Below, piece by piece: positions 54,860-64,000 of a DNA stretch of 64,000 nt. The translations under genes were made by a program, and so were the position numbers. Source of the DNA: Paramecium tetraurelia (Eukaryota); NCBI GenBank assembly GCA_000165425.1, contig CT868385.1, positions 310,001 through 374,000 on the forward strand. The letters run 5' to 3'. Each line of letters starts with the position of its first letter. The stretch's first letter is position 1. The notes under the pieces are model-generated. The model was not told the origin of the DNA. It saw only the letters and a program-made list of their open reading frames with translations, and ran no database searches.

Positions 54860-56365
54860 TGTAACAACATAAATTATTAACTGAATCAATTTAGCTAACT
54901 TATTTTTTCTTATATGTCTTTTCCTTAATTTCTCAATTTCCCTTTGGTCTTAAGTTGACTACTAGTTTATACTATGGTAATTTTAACTTAAAATTATTCT
55001 TAATTTTATAATCTAATTGTTTTCATTTTTTGGTTTGCTCAACATTTTTCATCATAATGAAATTTACGTTAAAATGTAAATATAGAAGATATACCATAAG
55101 TTGTAAGGAAACAATATTATTAATATTATTCCAAAAAATACTTTGGTTGTTCAGATCAACGATTTTAGGTAACCTCTTATCAAAAAATTTTCATTTACTA
55201 TTATTTATTTTTATTAATATGAATGATTTTCAAAGAAATTTTTTTTTACTATTAGATTGACTTACTTTCACTTAATATTGTATTTATGATAGAGTTATAT
55301 GGAAAATTTGCAGTAGATTTGCAGAACTATTATTCTTCACTTATTTTTGAATTTTTTAATAAATCACTGTTTTTAAATGAAAAATTAGAATTTGTTTGGT
55401 TATTCTAACTTATTAGGGTAATTCACTTATAAATATATATTTATTTAAAGAGGAATATCTTTCTGATATTCATAAAAGTAATTATAAAATATACATTATA
55501 AATTATCAAGTATATGGGAACTTAATCTATTAGTTATTATTTTCCCCAAATTTAAAATTCATTCTAAAAATTAAAATGAAATTTTCAGTTGTTCTTAATA
55601 AACCACTTTTGTATTTCTATTGGAATATCTACATAATAGACTAAGAGACTATATAATTTTTATGGTTTGATTGTTATATATTTGATTTTGTTTTTGTTGA
55701 TGATATAGATATTTTAGTCTATTTTGTGAAAAATTCTGCAAATTTTATAATTATTCCAAAATGGAATCTAATTCTATTAGCAATTCTAATTGCAGTATGT
55801 TGTTTGTAATATTATTATTTCATTTGTTTAAAGTACAAATTATTAAAGCTGTAGTAAATTTGCTGAATTTAGAGGCCAGGCCTTTTACCACCAATTTCTT
55901 TGTTTTGATTTGTAGACCATATAGAAAAACATTGTCAAAAATGTCTTATTAGAAATCTAATCTCAACTAGAATATCAGTTTATGCATACTTAAATGTAAC
56001 TACAACGTTAACTAATCTATGAACAAGTCATCATGCGATTAACAATAGAATTGAACTCTTATTCATGTTTTTTAATATGAAAACTACTGCATTTATTGAA
56101 TCTATTTTAATTTTTTGTAAATTTGGAAATTTATATGAAATTTTCTCAATTCAATTAGTTTATAATAAGTCAACGATAAAATAAATAATTCTATACCAAT
56201 GAATTATACGTTTCACAATTAACTTACCTAAGATAATATTTTTGAAGTTTTTGCTATTAGATTGATTTATTCAGTAATATTGAAATAGTATGAGAATGAG
56301 TTATTCAATAAATCAAAGTAATATTGATTTTATAATTTAAAGAGATTAATTAAATTAATGTACAT
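54860..56365 (-). pseudogene. Probable decayed dCache-receptor paralog
   Basis: Fragments YKSKQRNWWQKA (Cache motif-like), NIYIINKKQNQIY and LCRYSNRNT (cf. LCRYNQKT in 19619-21296) occur in the expected order, interrupted by TGA stops. Boundaries approximate. Confidence 0.4.
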
Positions 56366-56625
56366 CTATATTAAATAAAATACAGATCAATATTGGTAAT
56401 GATAATATAAACGTTTTGATATGATAATATTTTATGATTTATTTGGAGAAATAAATAATTCACCGACAAAATAATTATAATGGAAATTGTATTAGAAATG
56501 AATTCAATTATAAAATTAACAATTTTAATTTTTCTTCAATAGGAAAAGAGAAATTATTAATAAATGGTTATCCAAATAATTATAATCTGTCTTGGTTTAT
56601 TAACAATATTATTTTTATATATTGA

Positions 56626-57752
56626 ATGGGAATAGCATGCTGTAAAAATTAAGACGTTGCGAGGTTCAATATATAACCTATTATTCCATTGATTCCAACT
56701 GAAGAAGCTTCTTTAGATGAAACAAAAATAGTGAAAATATAAACCAGTATCAGACGTAATGGATGTTTTAATTTCAAGGTTACCTATCAAAAACTAAATA
56801 AAAATAAAAATCGGAGGTTTCAGCCACACCTGCAGTATAAGTCTAATCGCATACGAATGAACAAGTAGTTGAGATTATCGAAATAATCCCGAAAGATGCA
56901 TAAAAAGTAGAGTGGCCTTAAATTTTGCTTTAAGCTGTGCAAAACAAATTAAAAGAGTTGGCACCTCTCAAATAATTGACATACTCATGCTATCTATTAG
57001 ATGATGGATGCTATTTTCAAGGAGATTTTGTGAATTAATAAAAAGAAGGGTTTGGAAGATAAATTGATTAGGATGGTTCGTTATATGAAGGAACATTTAA
57101 GCAAAATGTAAAACAAGGGAAGGGAAGATAGATTAGTTGTGATGGAAGTGTGTAATTGAAATAAAATTATGTAGATATGAAGGAAATTTTGATGATAATG
57201 AATATGATGGTTATGGTGAATTTTAAGATTCGTATGGATTTGTCTATAAAGGAGAATGGAAGTAATCATTGTTCCATGGAGAAGGTCACGAGATCAATGA
57301 GTAATTCTAATACAAAGGAGCATATAAACAGGGATACAGGACTGGATATGGAGAGATCACATATGTTGATGGAAATAAGTATATGGGAGAATTTCAGAAA
57401 AACAAGTTTGAAGGTTTTGGTATATTTATATATGCGGACGGAAGGAAAGTAATCAATTTGATTTAATATTTTAGTATGAAGGAGGTTGGATGAATAACTA
57501 GATGCATGGCAAAGGGACCTTCTCTTGGCCTAATGGACGAAAGTACACGGGAAACGTATTTAGATATATTAAATAATGTAGTATCATTTGGATCTGAAGG
57601 AAGGTTTAGGAGAATTCATTTTTGAGAATGGTAGTAGCTACAGGGGGATGTGGAAACAAGGAAAATAGCATGGACATGGCATAATGATTTCAGAGTTGGG
57701 AGATCAAAGAGAAGGGGAGTGGGTTGAAGGAAGAAGAATAAAATGGAGATGA
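56626..57752 (+). CDS. MORN-repeat protein with N-terminal acylation motif and IQ motif
   Basis: MGIACC, KIVKIQTSIRR, then multiple YxGxWxxxxxHGxG repeats. Ends EGRRIKWR-TGA. Confidence 0.92.
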
Positions 57753-57850
57753 CTATTACTTTGATTGATTTTAATTAGACTCTTTTGGTAATATTTATTA
57801 TCACAAACATACTTACTTATTTAAAAGTATAAAATGAATGTATAAGACTA

Positions 57851-60800
57851 TCAAATCATTAGACTATCTTTTTTGAGTACCTTTTATAAGAGTGCGAATC
57901 TTTTATGATTTTTATTGCTTCCCATCATAATGCTTTTTTGCATCATCTTCGGAGACTTCAAAGTGATTTATTTTAGTTACAATTCCATCAAGTCTTTTAC
58001 AATTTCATATATATTCCCCTCCTTAAAATAGTTACTAAACACCTAAGTTTTGTCGATATCAAAATTAACTTCTATGGCACCATTGTAAGCTTAATAAGAT
58101 TATTATTATTGAGGAAGCAAACTGGAAGGTTATTCACTTCTATGCTAAGAGGACCCCTATTAACTTTCGATATTATCATTCTAATTTAGATAGATATTGT
58201 TATTGGTAGTTAGAATATTATTTAAATTGCTGCTTATTTGGCTCTAAAAGTTACTACTTCCGTCATTTCTTTTCATGAAATTCATTTTTGACTCTATTTT
58301 GTTTGTGCTAAATAAGATTTTTGGTTATGATTATTTAAGGCGAGATAACTCCTTTGTTTGTTTTCTGGGTCTTTAGAGAGTGTTAGAGTTTTATCTATTG
58401 AATTGGTCTGGTGATTAGAATTTTAAATTCAAGAAACTGTCATTTTCGGGAGTTGGTGCAAATACAATTGACCTGTTTTTGTAAGTGGCGACAACCTTGG
58501 GAGCCTGCAAAAAAGAATGATTTGAATCATCTTCATTTTCTATGACTTTAAATGTGCTTTAGATTTTCTTTTCAATCAATTCATCAAGATAAGCTGCACT
58601 GCCATGCAGAATAGAGTCATTCCTATTAAACCCGAGGTCAACCAGATGTTGTAGAGTTAAATCGCTAAAATAGATATGAATGTATTACTTTGTTTCTGAA
58701 TCCTATATAAAATCTAGGGCAGCTTGTCTTAGGTTATTCAATCTCTGAAAAGTTCTTGATTTCTCAAACTTTCTCAATCGTTGATTTCTATCTCGAATTT
58801 GGTCCTTATTATTTAATGCCTATGATAATACTTTTTCCCTGTCTGCTATAAAAAATAAAAAAGGGCACTTATTAAAATAATGAATCCACCCACATATAAA
58901 ACATTTGTTACCTCTTTATTTCTTAGAAAATTGCAGTTTATCTTTAATTTAGTTGAATTTCTCAAAATCCTCTTTGTTTTCTTTCAAAACCTTCGTAAAG
59001 TCATTTCGATGGATAACCAATAATTTAGTATATTTCACAGCTTTTACTGAGTATAGATATGGATTTTGCAACACAAATTCCCATTGTCCAATAATTTCAT
59101 CCTTTTTTAAGCAATTACATATGCTGACATTTCTGTTACCCAAAGTAATATAGATATCTAATTCCCCTTCCAACACGTAGTATAGTTTCTCACAACTTGT
59201 CTACTGATTCAAGATTTTAGATTCTGGAGCATAGCTTTCTATTTTAACATATTAACACAGTTTTTCTATTGTACTTTGAGAACAATAATCCTTAATAAAT
59301 CTTGCTTTAATCAAATATTTTTTGTACAGATCAATTTACATTTGCTCTCTTAATTGTTTTGACAATTGATTTATCATTTGATATCCTTCATTATTATTTT
59401 CAATTTGCTATTTAAGATGATATTCAAAGTATTTCCTTATTTGTAATGACAAATTCTTATTAATGTTATAATCCTTAAGGTATTGCAGAATACTCTTCAT
59501 CTATTGTTTAAACTTAACTTCTCTTTCATTTAGATTCTTGAATATCTCACCAATATTATTAATTGTGTACCCTAAAACGCTGCATCCAGTAAAGGCAATA
59601 AAAATTGTAAATAAAGCCTCTGATACAGTGCAAGGAAGAATGTCACCATAACCGATAGTTAGAGTTGTGATAACTATAAAGTAAAGAGAAAAGAAATATT
59701 ACTCTTGCCATGTGGAGTTGTTTAGTTCCTTAACAATTAACCAACTATTTGTGTGATTTTTAATTCCTTATTCTCCAATTTGATACCAAATACAAGCAAA
59801 AAAATGACAAGTGTAAACAATAAAAAACACCGATTTTATTAATTCCCACCATCCCTGTATTTATTATCTCAAGCAAAGTATTTCTTCCAGAGTTGCTAAT
59901 GTTAATTTTAATTTTATTATCCTGAAAACAGTCAAATATTGTATTACTAGGCTATCAGTAAATATAGGAATAATACTTACAATATCTACTATGAAATCAT
60001 TTTTTAAGTAATGTTTGGCAATTCTACCTATATCCCTATATAGAATTCCTAGAATATTATCATTAAAAACCTTCATCATAAAATGATGTGATGAATCTTA
60101 AAATACAATCTAGCATACAAAAAACTACAGGAAGCGTATCAAGTAGGTGATGTATATCCTACTTATTAAAATCTTATTCATATAAAAATAACAAAAGGGG
60201 AATGTAAGTTATATTGACTATGAGCAGACAAAACAATACAATTTTAAATCCTGTTAATATCATATTATCAGGATTCAGAATATGTATCTTTTTTAAAAGT
60301 AATTCTAATTACAAACAATTAGAATCCAGCTTTTGCCTTTGATTTTAATTAAAGTATCGATTTCTTAAGAATATAAACAATTATGTGTTTGAAGCCTGAT
60401 CTCCAAGTAACTATAAAATGTTTTCGTTTATCATTTTGTACTAAAAAGTTTATGAATGAATTTTCAATTATCGAATGAATTTTGAGACCAGACGGATTAA
60501 ATTCAAACCACCTTTCACATAGTTCTTACTTGAATTTTTAAAAACTTCTAGCTCATCCAAAGGTGTCGCCAACACTCTAGACGTAGCTTAACCAATATTA
60601 TAAATAGCTTCCGGTAATTCTGTTTTATTTTTATTCTTATCACTTTCCTTACGATCCTAATATATAGTAATAAATGCGTACTAAAAAGCTAATTCCTAAA
60701 CTTGGTTCATAATTCTCTTCAATTATTGATAAATTATCTTTCTTAAATTAAATCAAATTAGTGGTGTATTCTTTCAGTCTTGGATTGTGCTTTGATTAGA

Positions 60801-60867
60801 TTAAAGAATTCGAATTTTTTTTAACATCATTTGATATAGCTATTGATGTATCTGAGGTCCGCCTCAT
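57851..60867 (-). CDS. Cyclic-nucleotide-binding-domain K+ channel (EAG/HCN-like, ciliate type), about 989 aa
   Basis: 6TM core, pore TTLTIGYGDILP, C-linker and CNBD (YVLEGEL..IIGQWEF..YSVKA). Introns of 25 and 22 nt give an in-frame total. Confidence 0.93.
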
Positions 60868-61176
60868 TTATATGATAAATTTATTTTTAAAATGTTTTTT
60901 AACTTTATAAATATGATTGAGTTAATTGCTTCTTAATAATAATATTAGAAATTAAGGTTGATTATTACTTACTTAAACATTTTAGTTGATGGTTAATATT
61001 CAAAAAAAATCAATTTACATTCTCAACATTTTCAACTTCAAAAAATTAATGATTATAATAATCAGTTATTCTGCAAGAGGATGAACCATCATAAATAATA
61101 TTAGAATTAGTATTGAATGAAATTATATTTTTTAGACTCAAAATTTTAATATTTATTTTTATTTTATATCCATTTT

Positions 61177-61983
61177 ATGGAAGAAAAAGAGATTGATGCT
61201 TAATGGAATTAATTATTGAAAACAACAGTGGAAATGTTCGGGTTTGAATTTAAATAAGAATATTTATCAAAATCGTTTAATCGTTTATACTCAGATTACA
61301 AAATGTTCACTCAGAAGAGAAATTATTCGCATTTTGGATTATGGCTCTTTGGATTTTATGTTCTAAATTTTCTGCAAAGCTTTCAGGATAAAAATATGTA
61401 TTTGTTACTAATAACACAAGATCTGACATCCCAAAAATCATAGAATAATTGATATTTTGTCCCATATTGATAATGATATTAATTTCAACAAAACCTTTTC
61501 TCTACAGATCTTTTGAATCTGAACTGCTCTATTTTCTATAAAATACTATCGTTATTATAGTTGGGATCATGTTTCCAAGGCCTTAATAAACAGAATATGG
61601 GATATTTATTGAGTTTTTTATCTACTAAGCCAATTTGGAGAGCCTGCCTTTTAAAATAATTTACATAATAGTGAGCCAACTAATCCAAAAGGAGATTAAA
61701 TCTTTTATGGATTTAGTTGTTTTTGTGATTTTACTAGCATTGGCAGTTTATTAGGAAATACATCGCTATACATCTTATATTTCGGATTATGAGCAGGTGG
61801 AGAAGCACCGAAAGTAGGAAAAGTAAAAATGCCTTCTTAAGTCATAGACAAATTTTAGAATTCATTCTTGAAGCCCAAAATTACGATGAGAGAGAACGGA
61901 TATATCGAAAACTGAAAAAACAACTAAAAGCTAGAAATAGCAAGAAGATAAGTCTGGATACTGTGTTAGATTATATATTCTGA
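61177..61983 (+). CDS. Multi-pass membrane hypothetical protein
   Basis: Starts MEEKEIDAQWNQLLK; about 4-5 hydrophobic segments; introns of 23 and 28 nt. Ends DTVLDYIF-TGA. Confidence 0.7.
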
Positions 61984-62011
61984 ATATAAAATAATTATTT
62001 AATCTCATAAA

Positions 62012-62852
62012 ATGGATGTAAGACTTCTAAAATACGATATTTTTGCATCTCCACTTGCTCATAAGCCTTCAAGAGGATACATTCCAAAATTGGCTGATCG
62101 GAGTTTGACTTCGTTGTTAAAATATAAAAATGAAACAATAAAACAACCCATCCATTCAAAGATATTTAAACCATATGGTGAAGAATCGGAAATAAAGACC
62201 TAACAAAATATGTATACTACTGGTAAGTTGAGTTATTCGAGTTCTGTTAAAAATATCAATAAGTTTCCAGAAGTGCAATTGGATCCAAAAGCAGTAAAAT
62301 TGTTAGGACAAGGAAGACATTTCTTAAGGAGTGATTATCAAACAAAGAGAAAATTTTAGGAGAGCAAAAAGAATCATCATCTAAAAAATCATTCCTCTGA
62401 TTACTTGATGTAAAATATATAACTGAAGTTTTGCGAGAAATCTGTAAAAAAATAATACAAGGCCAATCTAATTTTTTTCAAGAAAACAAGAAACATTCCA
62501 GCCTAAATCTAAATATTAAGGAAGGAGGAGGAGAAGAAATCAATGCCTGAAACAAAGACTGATTTTTATGATTCTCAATAAAGGAAAATAATGATGCCTG
62601 CCTCGAAATAATAATAACATACTGATCACTCTATGTTTTCTAGCACTTTCAGAGATAACTTTTTGAAAAGCCAAAGAAGCAACATTCATCCCAAACCAAC
62701 TAGTTAAGAGAAATCTACAAGACAGGGACATAAAAAGACACAGTCTGTCTAGTATATCTTATTTAATAAATAAAATTAGAACTTAGAGTCAATTAGAAGA
62801 AGCTAACAAGGAAGTGCCACTTTTCGGCAATAATTATCAACCTAATAATTGA
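62012..62852 (+). CDS. Hypothetical protein (270 aa)
   Basis: Extends ORF-track 62012-62203 through TAR codons. One 28-nt intron. TGA at 62850-62852. Confidence 0.7.
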
Positions 62853-62903
62853 TATTCTTTCAAAATTAATTATTCTAATTTAACTATTATTTTATTCAAA
62901 ATT

Positions 62904-63487
62904 ATGTTTTAGATCGTCAAAGTGGATTCAGGCATTGATGCAAAATTAGAATTCGAAATATCCAACATAGTTAAGGGGGCTTATGAAAGATTCAATAACC
63001 AGTTCGACAGATCGAAATATATCTCCGATTATTTGGATGAAAGGTATGGGGGATGTTGGAGAGTAACAATAGGAAAATAATTTACAAGTTGTGGAACCTA
63101 CTATTTGTCATAATTGTTAAGACTTAGCTATCAAAACGATTAAATAGAAATTGTTAGAACATAGGGTGATTCAGAATTTGAAATTATACAAAGGGATTTG
63201 GGAATGAACTAAGCTGTTTTTGATTCAATTTTGGGAATGTACTAGTTATATTAAATAGAGAATTTCAAATGCTTAACAAACCTAGAAAAACCTATCCGCT
63301 CAAGTTGAGTATATTTCAGAATGCGTGGAGTCTAAACATGCTGGGAAATGGGCTGTGATTTGTGGGTAATTGTATCCTCAATATCTTAAGGTATGATTTT
63401 AATAGTCGAGTTCCTTATGTTAATAATAATTTAGTCTGTGTAGCCAAAAAGGGAATCAGATATACAGTATTAATGATAAGTAAATGA
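62904..63487 (+). CDS. Tandem dynein light chain LC8-like protein (two LC8 domains, 178 aa)
   Basis: Domain 1 SKYISDYLDERYGGCWRVTIGKQF; domain 2 VEYISECVESKHAGKWAVICGYDF. Both match LC8 A.YIK..FD..Y...WHCIVG..F. Confidence 0.82.
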
Positions 63488-63493
63488 ATATAG

Positions 63494-64000
63494 TCATTGA
63501 TATAATTTCAATAATTTACATAAGTTAGACTTGACACTAGTATTGAAGGTTTCGCCTTTTTCGAGTTTGATCTTTTTACTTGACCCTGCAAATAATTGTT
63601 TAGGGTCACTCAAAATTCCCTAAGAAATTCTTGCTTGCATTTAATTTGAATTGCCTCCCATGGGTCCTTTGATTGAAACTCTCTAATTAGTTACTTCCTG
63701 TATTGTTTGTTCTTTATTTCCCTAATCCTGGGTTAATGTTCTTGTTTCAATTTGTTGGGTGTATTTGTTGAATTCCTTAACAAAATACACGTTGACTTTA
63801 TCATCTTTGAATACTACCTTAGGAGATATCATCTTATATGTGTCTCCATCTTTTATTTGGTTACTTTCTTGAAACTCTTTCTATGTAGTTTTTAATAATT
63901 TTTGAGATGTAGATTTCAACAAGGTTTCACCAAAGCCTTTCATTTAAATTTTTTGTTACTTTTCTAATTTGCAGGTTTTTTGGGAGAGACTTGTCGAGTA
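63494..64000 (-). CDS. Hypothetical protein, 3' part (5' end outside window)
   Basis: Open frame ...GILSDPKQLFAGSSKKIKLEKGETFNTSVKSNLCKLLKLYQ-TGA. Confidence 0.6.

Overview
Gene-dense, very AT-rich ciliate macronuclear DNA, most consistent with Paramecium. TAA/TAG read as Gln (e.g. the cathepsin oxyanion Gln in NQGQCGSCW is TAA), TGA is the only stop, and genes carry tiny GT-AG introns of about 19-30 nt. The supplied ORF track treats TAA/TAG as stops, so it captures only fragments or antisense noise. Hand re-translation gives about 37 protein genes. Recognisable ones include a CDPK, casein kinase 1, a CaMK-like kinase, cathepsin L, CHFR, PEX13, an SLC33A1-like acetyl-CoA transporter, a phospholipid scramblase, a MORN protein, a CNBD K+ channel, a Nup50-like protein and a probable mitoribosomal bS21m. 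Most interesting: (1) two intact genes plus one probable decayed copy encoding TM-dCache-TM-HAMP-like receptors with no output domain, one carrying the full amino-acid-binding dCache motif; (2) a bacterial-type DUF922-like zincin whose HExxH motif reads HQQGH and is split by an intron; (3) a single-chain tandem LC8 dynein light chain that needs a distal GAG splice acceptor; (4) head-to-head and tail-to-tail gene pairs separated by only 6-18 bp; (5) acylated pseudokinase and PP1-docking proteins. No tRNA, rRNA, CRISPR array, transposon or IES could be supported. All gene models and family calls are by eye, with no database searches.
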